Shown here: positions 53,214 to 63,955 of the stretch, in pieces
Layout: each line of letters opens with the position of its first letter
Numbering within the stretch: position 1 is the first letter of the stretch
Assembly: GCA_963835065.1 (NCBI GenBank)
Contig: CAWIEK010000063.1
Span: forward strand, 192,001-256,000
Length of the DNA stretch: 64,000 bases
Reading direction: 5' to 3'
DNA from: an uncultured Chthonomonadaceae bacterium
Lineage (GTDB): Bacteria > Armatimonadota > Chthonomonadetes > Chthonomonadales > Chthonomonadaceae
Made by a program: the position numbers and the translations under genes
Notes under the pieces: generated by a model
Database searches by the model: none
What the model was told of the DNA's origin: nothing
Seen by the model: the letters and a program-made list of their open reading frames with translations, nothing else

Positions 53214-53261
53214 CCCCTTCTCCCAACTTTGGGAGAAGGGGTTAGGGGTTGAGGGCCGGTT
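53214..53261 (-). repeat. boxC-like element inside degenerate MITE ends (53192-53274)
   Basis: Reverse complement AACCGGCCCTCAACCCCTAACCCCTTCTCCCAAAGTTGGGAGAAGGGG. Confidence 0.75.
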
Positions 53262-53299
53262 GGGAGAAGTTTAAGACGCCAGAGTTGCCCACGAACAAA

Positions 53300-53337
53300 A
53301 CTCCGGCGAGAGAATGGAAACATTCTCTCGCCGGAGT
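53300..53337. terminator. Bidirectional terminator hairpin
   Basis: 17-bp perfect stem with GAAA loop between convergent genes. Confidence 0.8.
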
Positions 53338-53393
53338 CTTATTGTTTACGCAGCCATCCTGCTATCAACTACGAACTATCAACTATCAACTGC

Positions 53394-54311
53394 TTATTTG
53401 AGGCTGTAGGTCACGCCGAAGCTGCCCAGGTTGCTCGTGCCTGCCGCGAGGAAGGCCTGGGGAGCCGTGCCCGTTGTCGCGTTCTGCGCATTGGAGCTGG
53501 AAGCGGCATTGCCGCCTGCGGAAACCTGCCCGCCCTTCAAGGATTTGGAATGTCCATCTCCCAGAGCGTAGATGCCGCCCTCGCTGTGGCGACCCTTGGG
53601 GAAGGTGGCGCTGAAGCCATTGCTGCAGGTCAGAGTGCTGGGGGGCGTGGGGTTCGTGCCGTCGCACTTGTAGCCACCGGGAACGCCGGCTTCGTACACA
53701 ACGACGCCATTATTCGGGGGAGCCGCGCCGGGCGCGAGTTCCGTGAAGTACAGCACGTTGATACCATCGCCGGCAGACGAGGAATAGCCGTTGCTGCCCA
53801 GAGGAGTTTCGCCACTGGTCACCGCGTTGGCGAGGTCGCCTTTAACTTCCGTCAGCAGCACCGTGCTGGCGGGGGCCGTCATCGAAGCCAGCGCCGCGCC
53901 ATTGGCGCAGTTGTAGTTGTAGCTGTAGGAAACCGGGTACAGAGCCGGCGTCGTCGTCGTAGCGGCAACGGGAGCCGTGGGATCATCCGGGCAGCGAAGC
54001 ACCTGCGCGTTTTTGGTGTAGGAATACGTGGAACCCGCCCAGCCGACGCCGGGAGTGATGGCGGTGTTGGCGCTGGCCTTGACGCCGCGCCCGGAGGGGA
54101 ACTGCTCATCGAAATCCTGGACGTACATCAGGATGCCCAGGCCGACCTGCTTGGTGTTGCTAAGGCAGCTGGCCTGCCGCGCCTTTTCGCGCGCCTGCGC
54201 AAAGACCGGGAACAGAATGGCCGCGAGAATCGCGATAATGGCGATCACGACGAGCAATTCGATCAGCGTGAAGCCCTGTGCGGACTTGCGGGGGGTTGAA
54301 GCGTGTGTCAA
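53394..54311 (-). CDS. Prepilin-type N-terminal cleavage/methylation protein (H-X9-DG)
   Basis: TTG start after AGAGGAG; '[14 protein letters not shown]'; '[14 protein letters not shown]'. Confidence 0.9.
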   Translation of the reverse strand: MTHASTPRKSAQGFTLIELLVVIAIIAILAAILFPVFAQAREKARQASCLSNTKQVGLGILMYVQDFDEQFPSGRGVKASANTAITPGVGWAGSTYSYTKNAQVLRCPDDPTAPVAATTTTPALYPVSYSYNYNCANGAALASMTAPASTVLLTEVKGDLANAVTSGETPLGSNGYSSSAGDGINVLYFTELAPGAAPPNNGVVVYEAGVPGGYKCDGTNPTPPSTLTCSNGFSATFPKGRHSEGGIYALGDGHSKSLKGGQVSAGGNAASSSNAQNATTGTAPQAFLAAGTSNLGSFGVTYSLK

Positions 54312-54597
54312 CGTGTCTCTCTCCTCTTGGTGTAAGAACGGAACCACAAAGGCTTTCCGTTTGGTGCGTGAAGTCCTGTGTCTAAAGATGTCTTTGTCAA
54401 CAGGGCTGTCACTCAAGCGCGCACAAAGGACCGGCGCAGACACGTCATCGTGGATTGCAGTCCATACCCGATACCGCCGTAAGAGCAAATCGGGCGCCGT
54501 ATAGGAAAATAAGTGCGGAAAAGGCCGGAGCGCCTGGAAACCGGTGCGCGTCCGCCTTCATACATCGTGTCCGCTCTTTATGCGCTATGCTGTTGGT

Positions 54598-54626
54598 AGT
54601 ATAGTGAATCCTTTCGCGTTTGTCAA
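54598..54626 (-). promoter_or_regulatory. Sigma70 promoter of the prepilin gene
   Basis: TTGACA-17 nt-TATACT on the minus strand. Confidence 0.7.
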
Positions 54627-54929
54627 GGCATTTGGAAGAAATTTATGAAAAATTCGCTTCCGAACCCCTTCGCGGGAACTTTTTTCTGTATTCATGGGAC
54701 ATAAACTTGTATTTGCGCTGTATTTTGATTTAAATATAGGCTAAATTCCGCAACGGACGCTGTAAAAAATAGTGGCTGTGAGAGAAGGAAAACGAAGCCT
54801 TCCTGTTCAATTGACGCTTTATTCCAACAGCCTCCATGCGCTTCGCGCCTTAGAGCATGAACATACTGGATTGTCCGAACACCGAATACCGAACACCGAA
54901 CACCGGCATTTGCAGCACAGGTACATTTC

Positions 54930-55889
54930 TTGGAAAACACGCGCCATCTTTTAATGGGAATAGCAACGCTGGCAGGCGCATGGCTGACGCTGAATGTGCC
55001 CGCCGCGCTTTGCGCCCGCGCCGAACCGCCTGTCCCCCGCGTTGTCACCACATTCGCGTACAGCCCGGCTCCTGACCGGGGCATGCCCCTCGTCCGCGTA
55101 CGCCTGAACAACGGACACCGCAATACCGCGTCGGCGGCCTTTGTGCTGGATACGGGCTTTACGGCAAGCTTGATGACCGACCGATTGGCGCAGGAATTGA
55201 ACATGGAGGGCGAACCGGCCCACTTCGCGGATGGCTCCCCGGCCTGCTTCGCCGATGGCAAGCCCTTGCGGCAGGTCACGGCGGGTCTGCTGATGGGCAG
55301 CCTGCAAACGGATGCGCGCAATTTTCTGGTAGTGAAAGCCTATCGGCTGGATTTGCTCGATTGTCCTCTGGATGGGGTTTTGGGAGGGGATTTTCTGGCG
55401 AATTATGCGGTTCTGTTTGATTTTCGAACGCATACGGTGACGCTGTGGCAGGGCGGGGATTTGACGGAAGCGGAGCGGCGAAGTGTCAACATGCAGGATG
55501 CTGTTACGCTTCCCCGCGCTAACAAAACACCGGAAAGTTTTGACGTCCGCGTCCGTTTAAGCAGCCCGCGCGGACAAAGAGACGTGACATTGGCAATAGA
55601 CACGGGCGGGACGCGCACATTGATTGCTCCACAGGACGCCCGCGCCCTGGAACTGGAACCGACCCGCATAGCCGTGCCGCAGCGTACCGTCTTCGGAAAT
55701 TTGAAAGCAAACGAGGCAAAAATTCCTGCCCTGGAATTCGGAAGCATCCGCATTTCCGACTTGCCCGTACGCTATCTGGTGCAGGAACACCCCAATATGC
55801 CGCCGCATCTGGGCCTCGATGTGCTTTCCCACTACCGCCTGCTCCTGGATTATCCCGCCAACAGGCTTTATCTCAAACCCAACGGGTAG
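54930..55889 (+). CDS. Secreted two-domain retropepsin-like aspartyl protease
   Basis: Two DTG motifs ('VLDTGF', 'IDTGG'), 'DGVLGGDFL', 'LGLDVL'; start uncertain. Confidence 0.85.
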   Translation: MENTRHLLMGIATLAGAWLTLNVPAALCARAEPPVPRVVTTFAYSPAPDRGMPLVRVRLNNGHRNTASAAFVLDTGFTASLMTDRLAQELNMEGEPAHFADGSPACFADGKPLRQVTAGLLMGSLQTDARNFLVVKAYRLDLLDCPLDGVLGGDFLANYAVLFDFRTHTVTLWQGGDLTEAERRSVNMQDAVTLPRANKTPESFDVRVRLSSPRGQRDVTLAIDTGGTRTLIAPQDARALELEPTRIAVPQRTVFGNLKANEAKIPALEFGSIRISDLPVRYLVQEHPNMPPHLGLDVLSHYRLLLDYPANRLYLKPNG

Positions 55890-55892
55890 GGT

Positions 55893-56003
55893 TCAGGTGT
55901 CAGGTTTCAGGTTTCAGGAAATGCTCTGCTGTTGCTCTTAATATCATAGTAACAACAAAGCGATGAAAGCATGGTCCCTGACACCTGAAACCTGACACCT
56001 GAC
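55893..56003. repeat. Tandem-heptamer inverted repeat (TCAGGTK / MACCTGA)
   Basis: Between convergent genes. Confidence 0.88.
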
Positions 56004-56010
56004 GCCTCCC

Positions 56011-57153
56011 CTACCGCCACTGCACCCCCGCCGACACGCTAAAATCCGGGCCGATATTGCTGAACGCGGGCAGATGGTAATTGTGGATGTCGCCGTTTTC
56101 GGAAAACGAGAGGGTGAGCAAATGGTGGCGATCCAGCACCCGGCGGTAACCGAAGGTTGCGGTAGACTGCCAGCCATCCGCAAAGCGGTTGCCGGTACGA
56201 ACCACGCGGGTATTGCCATCCAGTTGCAGGACAAAACTATCGCGGTTGTTGGCGCGGTATTCCAGCGCGGCCAGCGTTTGCAGCGTGTTCGGCTCCGCGA
56301 CAGGAACCCGACTTGCGTGTCCCAACAGCGCGCCGCCCACATTGGCGTACACGATAATGTCGCGTCCCAGGCTGTATTGCCCATCCACGCTCACGCCCAC
56401 ATCCACATTGCCACTGCCCATCAGCAGCGTCGGGTTGCCCGTCGGCAGTTTCAATCCGGCGCGCAGGGCAAGGGCGGCGCGGCCATTGGGCCGAAGCAGG
56501 CCACGCTTGATCGTGATATTGGTTTCGCCCAATCCGAACGCGCTGCCCTGATTAACCACAACCTGCCCATTCGCGTTCGCCAGAAACAGCGTGCTCTGGT
56601 ACTTCCGGTAAAAATCGCGCCCGGCGGGATTGTCTTCGCCGTCGCCCTGAAACCCGAAAAGGCTATGGTAGCCGCTCAGGATGCCGTCCAGAATGCCGCC
56701 GTTGCGCCATTGCAGCGGAATGGAAATGCCAAGTTCCGTTTGCCGCCCCAGCCCTCGCTTCCACGCGAACGCCACGCGCTGATACTCATTGTCTTCCCGC
56801 ACCTGCGCCCGCCCCTTGGAAGCCGGAATCAGCAGATTGTTGCTGATTTCCAATTGCAGGTTATAGGCGTTGGCGCGGGCCGGCAGCGCAACGGCTGTTT
56901 CCGGCGCAAACTGGAGAAACAGCAGATTGTACGGGCGCGCGTCCCGAACCGGAATCGGCCCGCGCGGATTGCCGTACAGCGGATTGTCGCCCGCGCCCTG
57001 CGCCTGGCAGAAGGCAGAAGACAGAAGGCAGAAGACAGAAGGCAGAAGACAGAAGGCAGAAGGCAGAAGACGGAAGATGGAAGATGAAAGATGTAAGATG
57101 AAGCGTACAAGGCGAATTGCGCAAGGCAAGAGTTGTTTGAAGCGCGATGGCAT
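56011..57153 (-). CDS. Outer-membrane beta-barrel protein (DUF3187-like) with repeat-derived signal peptide
   Basis: 'GGILDGILSGYHSLFG', 'LKLPTG', 'FSEN', 'PDFSVSAGVQWR'. Confidence 0.7.
   Translation of the reverse strand: MPSRFKQLLPCAIRLVRFILHLSSSIFRLLPSAFCLLPSVFCLLSSAFCQAQGAGDNPLYGNPRGPIPVRDARPYNLLFLQFAPETAVALPARANAYNLQLEISNNLLIPASKGRAQVREDNEYQRVAFAWKRGLGRQTELGISIPLQWRNGGILDGILSGYHSLFGFQGDGEDNPAGRDFYRKYQSTLFLANANGQVVVNQGSAFGLGETNITIKRGLLRPNGRAALALRAGLKLPTGNPTLLMGSGNVDVGVSVDGQYSLGRDIIVYANVGGALLGHASRVPVAEPNTLQTLAALEYRANNRDSFVLQLDGNTRVVRTGNRFADGWQSTATFGYRRVLDRHHLLTLSFSENGDIHNYHLPAFSNIGPDFSVSAGVQWR
57007..57102. repeat. In-frame heptamer array (GAAGRCA then AAGATGN)
   Basis: About 13 units encoding 'FILHLSSSIFRLLPSAFCLLPSVFCLLSSAFC'. 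Confidence 0.9.
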
Positions 57154-57433
57154 CCTGTTTACGGTATCCTCATTTCGTTATTTGCTTTGTTTTTCACCAT
57201 TGAGACGGCTATCTCCTAAAGATTCTCGCTTTCTTTTGCGTTGAAAGCCCCGGAAAGCAGCAAATTCGCTAAAATAAAAGAGGAGAACATACGATAAAGG
57301 GAGAACAACGCCTCACAGCCCCCATAAACTTCGTTACTGACCACATTTTACAGATAAACTGCTCCCCCTTCTGGCGCGCGGCGCGGCCAGGAGAGGGATC
57401 GGGGGTGAGGTAATTTATATTGCGGAGACCGCC

Positions 57434-58153
57434 ATGCACAATTCCCCCCAACACCGAATACCCAATACCGAATACCGAACACCCAACACCGCCTTCACCC
57501 TGATCGAGTTGCTCGTCGTAATCGCCATAATTTCCATATTGGCCGCGCTGCTGTTTCCCGTGTTCGCGCAGGCGCGCGCCAAAGCCAGGGCGACCTCGTG
57601 CGCGTCCAATATGAAACAGGCGGGTTACGCCTTTGCAATGTATGCGCAGGATTATGATGGTCTGTACCCTTGCGCCGTTGACCCCGCAGACCGCGTTACC
57701 CCGCAAATCTGGAACAATTTCCCCGACTTCAAGGCGCAAATCCCCACGCTGCCCTGGCTGCATGAAACCCTGATGCCCTACGTGAAATCCCCGGAGATAT
57801 TCCATTGTCCGAGCGATACGGGTACGCTCATCGAAGACTTCACCGGGCTGTATCTTGGAGCCGACCATTCCCTGTTTCGCAAATACGGAACCAGTTACCT
57901 GTACCGCACGGAAATCGCCCTCCGTCATTCGGGCGACGCCTTTTTCCAAACCCCCTCGCAGCTCAATGTATACATGGACGGATCGGGGCTATGGCATGGC
58001 AGCGGGGCGGACGACCTGGCTATCGGCGTGTTAAAGTTCGACCGTACCAATCCCCTGCTATTTGCGCGCCGTTTCAATACGCTGCACGGCGACGGGCATG
58101 TGAAAAGCCTGACATTCAGCCAGGTTTGGGAACTCTGGGCAACGCCGTTGTAA
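57434..58153 (+). CDS. Prepilin-type N-terminal cleavage/methylation protein
   Basis: '[29 protein letters not shown]'; 'DGHVK'; leader made of CCGAAYA repeats. Confidence 0.9.
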   Translation: MHNSPQHRIPNTEYRTPNTAFTLIELLVVIAIISILAALLFPVFAQARAKARATSCASNMKQAGYAFAMYAQDYDGLYPCAVDPADRVTPQIWNNFPDFKAQIPTLPWLHETLMPYVKSPEIFHCPSDTGTLIEDFTGLYLGADHSLFRKYGTSYLYRTEIALRHSGDAFFQTPSQLNVYMDGSGLWHGSGADDLAIGVLKFDRTNPLLFARRFNTLHGDGHVKSLTFSQVWELWATPL

Positions 58154-58332
58154 TAGTTTACTTTTGATGACGAAATTGGCTAGAATGAATCGGGCGCAAC
58201 AGTCTTGCGCAGCGACTGGCATAAGGAATGGGAAGGATGCTCTGAAAGGATGGGAGGAAGGAGGGAGCGACTGGAAAATGTCTCTTACAAGCAAGTTAAG
58301 ATAGAAAAGAAAGCCGGAAAGGGAAAACAAAC

Positions 58333-60390
58333 ATGTCTGAATACTCTCTAAGTGAGAACCGAGCCAATTACGCGCCCCAAAAAACGGAGGCCGCAGCAGG
58401 AGGGAATATGGAAGTACAAACCAGAGAAGCGCAATCTAAAGGCGCGCGGCCGGAACAGGGAAGTTCTCCCTCGCCCTTGCGCTCCGCCGAGGCTTTCGAT
58501 AGTTACTGCGTACAGGTGCAAAGCCGTCTCGCCGAACATGCGGCGCAGCGCATTCATTTTTTACAATCCGCTTTTGAACGCTTGACGCGCCTGCTGCACA
58601 CGGCGCGCGATGTAGAAGATACTTCGCTTTATAACGAACTCTGGCAGCACCGCGTTGCCGTGCGCGAACTGTTGGAGGCGCTCACGCAGGTTGGCAGTTC
58701 CGTTACAGCCGTTGCTACTTCCACTGCTTCCGCTTCCGCCGCTGTTTCCCCTGCTCCCCCCGCCTCCGGCCTGAGCCACGCGGACAGCGGTTTGGCCGGC
58801 AACAAAGCCCCTTCCAGTACGCCTCTTTATTCCCCTTCCGCTTCCTCTCCCGCCATTGCGGACAAAACAGGTTTGGACAAAACAGGGAATGACACTGCGG
58901 CTTCCACATCAGGAACAACGTATCCTGCCGTTCCCCTGCCTGCCAAGTCCCTGCCGCATCCCTCCGGCGCGGCCAATGGACACGCGCAGCGCGACCCGGA
59001 AATGGACGAGAATGACGAGCGCTCTTCGCCCAATTCCCGCGACTACAACAGGGACGGCCAATATGACAACAGAATGGAACCGGCCCCGCGTCCCCTGCGC
59101 CATCCTGTCCGCCCGCTGATGGACATCGAAACGGATGCCGTGGAACTGCGTAAGCAATTACAGGATTGGGCGAACCGCTTCCCCCTGCGAACCGCTTCCG
59201 GCAATCTGCACGTGCCCAACTGCCTGCGCCTGCGGGCGATGGCCTGCCGTCAGCGCCGCTTGGAAGAAGAAGCCGGCGATACGGAAGTGGAGGAAGTGAC
59301 CGAATTAAGCAAAGATATTGTAGATATTTTAGATCGCGCGGGCGATGAAGAATACACGGTTGCGCTGGATTACGACGTAGAGCCGCCGCCCACAGCATTC
59401 CAGTGGGGCGAACTGGCCGAGCGCTATGATGAAACGGCGATGGCGGAAGAAGCGTTCGAGTGGTGGGTTGCCAACCGCGCCATTCTGTCGGTTTCTGACG
59501 TGCAGCAGTTAGCCGAGTCCGTTGCGGCCATTCAGCAGCGGTTTAATCGCCTCCTGTTCCGCATTGGAGCGCGCGACCCGTTCCAGCAGCAATTATTTGA
59601 TGACCTGCGCGTGTGGGCTAAAGAAGCGCAGTGTTACCTGTACAGCCTCCGCCCCAAAGTGCCGATTGCGGAACTGATTGAAAAAGCGCAGATGATTGAC
59701 GAAGCATGGGAGCAGGCGCGCGAACCCGTGCGCGCGCTGGAAGAGCGGCAGCAAAGCGTAGACGCGGTTGTAGATATGGTAGCCGCGCCCGGATTTGGCG
59801 AAAACGAGGCCGAGGACGAATCACGCTTGCAGGCCGCGCTGATGCACTGCCGCGAATTGCGTATTCCCGCGTCCGACCGGCGATTGCGCGACGCGTTGCT
59901 GCCCTGGGCGGCGTTCCTGGAAGGCGACGAGCGTTTCAAAGAATTACTGCGCGAAATCAATCTGGAATGGGAGCGGCGTCAGGAAATCGGACGCCCCGAA
60001 GCCGTAGAGGAAGAGCCGTCCGGCGCTCTGGACGAACTGGCGGCGGAACTGGAAGCCGTGCGCGAAGTGACGCGAGGCAAGCGCTGCCTGCTGCTGGGCG
60101 GAACGTGCCGCGAGGAGAACCGCCGCAAGATCGAGGAAGCGCTGCAATTGTCCGAACTGGTCTGGCCCAGCACCAAGCCGTCCGACCCGCTTTCCAAATT
60201 TGACACGGAACTGCGCCATTCCGATATTTGCGCCCTGCTCACGCGCTTTTCCCGCAAGGAATGGAAGAACGCGCAGGACATTTGCGCCCGCGATGGTAAA
60301 AAGTTCGTGCATCTGACAACGGGCTACGGCGTGTCGCAGGTGGTTCGCCACTTCTACACGCAAATCGCGCCGCAGAAGGCGGGAAGTTGA
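58333..60390 (+). CDS. Hypothetical acidic helical protein with DUF2325-like C-terminal domain
   Basis: 685-aa ORF with host-like codon use; tail 'LLLGG...ICALLTRFS...FVHLTTGYG'. Confidence 0.7.
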   Translation: MSEYSLSENRANYAPQKTEAAAGGNMEVQTREAQSKGARPEQGSSPSPLRSAEAFDSYCVQVQSRLAEHAAQRIHFLQSAFERLTRLLHTARDVEDTSLYNELWQHRVAVRELLEALTQVGSSVTAVATSTASASAAVSPAPPASGLSHADSGLAGNKAPSSTPLYSPSASSPAIADKTGLDKTGNDTAASTSGTTYPAVPLPAKSLPHPSGAANGHAQRDPEMDENDERSSPNSRDYNRDGQYDNRMEPAPRPLRHPVRPLMDIETDAVELRKQLQDWANRFPLRTASGNLHVPNCLRLRAMACRQRRLEEEAGDTEVEEVTELSKDIVDILDRAGDEEYTVALDYDVEPPPTAFQWGELAERYDETAMAEEAFEWWVANRAILSVSDVQQLAESVAAIQQRFNRLLFRIGARDPFQQQLFDDLRVWAKEAQCYLYSLRPKVPIAELIEKAQMIDEAWEQAREPVRALEERQQSVDAVVDMVAAPGFGENEAEDESRLQAALMHCRELRIPASDRRLRDALLPWAAFLEGDERFKELLREINLEWERRQEIGRPEAVEEEPSGALDELAAELEAVREVTRGKRCLLLGGTCREENRRKIEEALQLSELVWPSTKPSDPLSKFDTELRHSDICALLTRFSRKEWKNAQDICARDGKKFVHLTTGYGVSQVVRHFYTQIAPQKAGS

Positions 60391-60497
60391 TAGTTTGTAG
60401 TTGATAGTTGATAGTTGATAGCTCGAAGTTCCTGTAGCGCTATCAACCGTCAGCTGGCAGCGAATAACTATCAACTATCAACTACAAACTATCAACT
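60385..60497. repeat. Tandem-heptamer inverted repeat (AGTTGAT / ATCAACT), 32-bp perfect arms
   Basis: Variant AGTTTGT mirrored as ACAAACT; spans stop codon to next ATG. Confidence 0.95.
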
Positions 60498-61940
60498 ATG
60501 ATAAACGCTAACGCTTTTCAAGGGTCTTTGCGCAATGCCGTGCTTGTGCCATTGCTGGGACTGTTTCTGCTGGTCGCCATTCTGTTTTTTCAGGTAAGCA
60601 ATCTGATGGAGGCCGCGCGTTGGACGGATCACACCTATCAAGTGATTCTGGAAGCGCGTTCGCTGCGCCTCGCCATTCAGCGTATGCAAAATGCCGAGCA
60701 GGATTACCTGCTGGCGCATGAGAAAACCTATCAAGGCCAGTACGCGCAGGCCAGATCCGACGCGAAACTTGATATTGAACATTTATTGGGGCTGGTTGTG
60801 GACAATCCGCCGCAAGTGGCGCGGATGCAAACCATCAACAGCGGTTTCGACCGTTGGCAGGCGAATGCGCAGACTGAGAAGGTTTACGATCCGAACCACG
60901 ATTACCGCGCAATGCTGGCGCAGCGGCAAAGCGCGGTAAATAGCCTGGACGCGCAGCTCAACGAATTTCGCGGCGTGGAAGAGAAACTGCTTGTGGAGCG
61001 CACAGAGGCGACGCGAAATGCGGCGCATACAACGCGGACGGTGGTAGCCGCGCTTGCTCTGCTTTTGGGCGTTGTGATGGCAATCTTCATTCGGCGGCAG
61101 TTGGTCACGCTCGCCGGCAGCTATCAGGGCGCGCTCAGTTCGGTGCAGGAACAGGCCGATGCCCTGCGCCGCAATAGTGAGGAGATTCATCGCAACAGCG
61201 AGGAGATCAAAGCCTTAAACGCCACGCTCGAACAGCGCGTGTTGGAACGCACGGCGCAGTTGGAAGCGTCTAATAAGGAACTCGAAGCCTTCAGCTATTC
61301 CGTTTCGCACGACCTGCGCGCGCCCCTGCGCAGCATTGACGGCTTCAGTCAGGCGCTGATGGAAGATTACGGCGACGTGATTGACGCAGAGGGCAAGAAA
61401 TATCTGGATCGCCTGCGCAACAACAGCCGCCAGATGGCCGGTCTGATTGACGATCTGCTGGCGCTGTCGCGCCTGACGCGGGCGGAAATGAAGCGTGTTC
61501 CCGTAGATGTAAGCGCGTTGGCGCGGAGCGTGGCGGAAGAATTGCGCCAGCGCGACCCGGAACGCAAAATTACCATCACGGTTGCCGATAATCTAAACGC
61601 GGAGGGCGACGAGCGGCTGCTGCATGTCGCCCTGGAGAATTTACTTGGCAACGCCTGGAAGTTCACGTCGAAAACGCCCGACGCGGTGATTGAAGTGGGG
61701 CAGGAAGCGCAGGACGGGCAAACCGTATTCTTTATACGCGACAACGGCGCGGGCTTCGACATGGCGTATGCCGACAAGCTGTTCGGCGCGTTTCAGCGGC
61801 TGCACGGCGTCAGCGAGTTCGAGGGAACCGGCATCGGGCTGGCAACGGTGCAGCGCGTGATACGACGGCACGGCGGGCGCATCTGGGCAAAGGGCGAAGT
61901 CGGCAAAGGCGCGACGTTCTACTTTACGCTGAGCGTTTGA
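60498..61940 (+). CDS. CHASE3 sensor histidine kinase
   Basis: Two TMs, 'WTDHTYQV', H-box 'SYSVSHDLRAPL', 'NAWKF', 'DNGAGF', 'GTGIGLA'. Confidence 0.95.
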   Translation: MINANAFQGSLRNAVLVPLLGLFLLVAILFFQVSNLMEAARWTDHTYQVILEARSLRLAIQRMQNAEQDYLLAHEKTYQGQYAQARSDAKLDIEHLLGLVVDNPPQVARMQTINSGFDRWQANAQTEKVYDPNHDYRAMLAQRQSAVNSLDAQLNEFRGVEEKLLVERTEATRNAAHTTRTVVAALALLLGVVMAIFIRRQLVTLAGSYQGALSSVQEQADALRRNSEEIHRNSEEIKALNATLEQRVLERTAQLEASNKELEAFSYSVSHDLRAPLRSIDGFSQALMEDYGDVIDAEGKKYLDRLRNNSRQMAGLIDDLLALSRLTRAEMKRVPVDVSALARSVAEELRQRDPERKITITVADNLNAEGDERLLHVALENLLGNAWKFTSKTPDAVIEVGQEAQDGQTVFFIRDNGAGFDMAYADKLFGAFQRLHGVSEFEGTGIGLATVQRVIRRHGGRIWAKGEVGKGATFYFTLSV

Positions 61941-61942
61941 GA

Positions 61943-62041
61943 AGTTGATAGTTGATAGTTGATAGAGACGCGCGGACGGTTAGCTGAACGCCCATCCTGT
62001 CAGAAGTACCGATGTTACTATCAACTATCAACTATCAACTA
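61943..62041. repeat. Tandem-heptamer inverted repeat (AGTTGAT x3 / ATCAACT x3)
   Basis: Between kinase stop and regulator RBS. Confidence 0.9.
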
Positions 62042-62054
62042 CATTGAGGGCCGC

Positions 62055-62516
62055 ATGGACAACAAAATGATACTGCTTGTTGAAGACAATCCCGACCACG
62101 AGCTTCTGACCGTCCGCGCCTTGAAAAAGAACAACATCGCGGGCGGCCTGGTCATTGCGCGGGACGGCGCGGAAGCGCTCGACTTCTTGTTTGGAACCGG
62201 GGAACACACAGGCCGCGACATGAGCCAGATGCCTGAAGTGATTTTGCTGGATTTGCAGCTTCCCAAAATCGGCGGATTGGAAGTGCTGCGGCGTTTGCGC
62301 CTGGATCGGCGCACCCAATTGCTGCCCGTCGTGATTCTCACGTCTTCGGACGAGGAGCGGGACATGATTTCCGGCTACAAATTCGGCGCCAACAGCTACA
62401 TCCGCAAACCTGTGGAGTTTGAGAATTTCATTGAAGCGACGCGACAATTGGGCGTCTACTGGCTGAACCTGAACGAAGCGCCGCCGAAAGCGGGGGACGA
62501 CGGGGAGTTTGAATGA
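62055..62516 (+). CDS. Single-domain response regulator
   Basis: 'LLVEDN', 'LLDLQLPK', 'LTSS', 'ANSYIRKP'. Confidence 0.95.
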   Translation: MDNKMILLVEDNPDHELLTVRALKKNNIAGGLVIARDGAEALDFLFGTGEHTGRDMSQMPEVILLDLQLPKIGGLEVLRRLRLDRRTQLLPVVILTSSDEERDMISGYKFGANSYIRKPVEFENFIEATRQLGVYWLNLNEAPPKAGDDGEFE

Positions 62517-63955
62517 ACAAGCCGATCCGCGTTCTTGTCGTGGAAGATAACGAGGACGACGCGTTGCTGCTTGTGCGAACTCTGCGCAAAAGCGGGTATG
62601 ACCCGGAGTACATTCGCGTGGATAACGGCCCGGACATGCAGCAGGCGCTGGACACCCATGCCTGGGATTGCGTGATTTCGGATTATTCCATGCCGCAATT
62701 CAGCGCGCTTTCCGCGCTGAATATGATCCGCGAAAGCGGGCGCGATTTGCCCTGCTTTATTGTATCCGGCACGATCAGCGAGGATATGGCGGTGGCGGCG
62801 ATGCGGGCGGGCGCGCACGACTACCTGATGAAAGGCAATTTGCAGCGGCTCGGACCGGCCATTGACCGCGAATTGCAGGAAGCGGCGTTTCGGGCGCAGC
62901 GGCGGCAGGCGGACATGGCCCGGCAGGAAAGCGAAGAGCGGTTTCGCGCCACTTTCAATCAGGCGGCGGTCGGCATCGGGCACGTGTCGCCGGAGGGCGA
63001 ATGGCTGATTGTCAATCAAAAACTGTGCGACATTTTAGGTTACGCGGAGCCGGATTTGCGGGCGCGAACCCTCCCGGATGTCATACACACCGCTGACCGC
63101 CCGGCTTATGAAGCCAACGCGAAGAAGCTGCTGACGGGAGAAAGCGACACGTACTCGCTGGAAACGCGGATGCTGCGGCAGGGGAGTGTGGAAGCCTGGG
63201 TCGAATTGACGGTTTCGCTTGTTCGAGCGGCGAATAGGGAGCCGAAATACTTTATTGCTGTCATGGAAGATATATCGGGGCGTAAGATTGCCGAAGAAGC
63301 CCTGCGAAGCAGTCAGGCGCAATTGGAAGCGCTCAATATCCGTTTGAAGCGCGCGATGGCCGAAACGCACCACCGCGTCAAAAACAATTTGCAGGTGATT
63401 TCCGCCCTTGTCGAACTGCAAATGCAGGAAGGCGTAGACATGGTTCCTGTCAGCGCATTGGCGCGGGTGGGGCAGCATACGCGCGCCCTCGCCCTGCTGC
63501 ACGACCTGCTCACCTCGGAAGCCAAAGGCGAAGCGGAAATGGATACCGTTTCCTCCCGCGAAGCCATCAATAAACTAATCCCCATTATTCAGGCGGCGTC
63601 GGGAGGCCGCAACATTCTCCATAACGATGTGGAGGACGTGGCCCTGCCGGTAAAAGCGGGCGCGTCCATCGCGCTCTTAGTCAATGAACTGGTAAGCAAC
63701 GCCATCAAGCACGGCAAGGGCGACATCGAAGTGGCGCTGACAACCGCCGACGACATGGTTACACTGGAAGTATGCGACGATGGGCCAGGCTTCCCGCCCG
63801 GTTTCAACAACGCCAAAGCCGCCAACACGGGCCTGGAACTGGTAGAAAGCATCGGCAGATGGGATTTAAGCGGCCAAACCGCCTATGAAAACCGTCCCGA
63901 AGGCGGCGCCCGCGTTCGCGTCACCTTCGCCGTACATAATACGCCCAACACCTGA
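62513..63955 (+). CDS. REC-PAS-HisKA_2 hybrid histidine kinase
   Basis: REC 'ISDYSMP', PAS 'FRATFNQAAVGI', 'ETHHRVKNNLQ', 'NELVSNAIKH'. Confidence 0.93.
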   Translation: MNKPIRVLVVEDNEDDALLLVRTLRKSGYDPEYIRVDNGPDMQQALDTHAWDCVISDYSMPQFSALSALNMIRESGRDLPCFIVSGTISEDMAVAAMRAGAHDYLMKGNLQRLGPAIDRELQEAAFRAQRRQADMARQESEERFRATFNQAAVGIGHVSPEGEWLIVNQKLCDILGYAEPDLRARTLPDVIHTADRPAYEANAKKLLTGESDTYSLETRMLRQGSVEAWVELTVSLVRAANREPKYFIAVMEDISGRKIAEEALRSSQAQLEALNIRLKRAMAETHHRVKNNLQVISALVELQMQEGVDMVPVSALARVGQHTRALALLHDLLTSEAKGEAEMDTVSSREAINKLIPIIQAASGGRNILHNDVEDVALPVKAGASIALLVNELVSNAIKHGKGDIEVALTTADDMVTLEVCDDGPGFPPGFNNAKAANTGLELVESIGRWDLSGQTAYENRPEGGARVRVTFAVHNTPNT

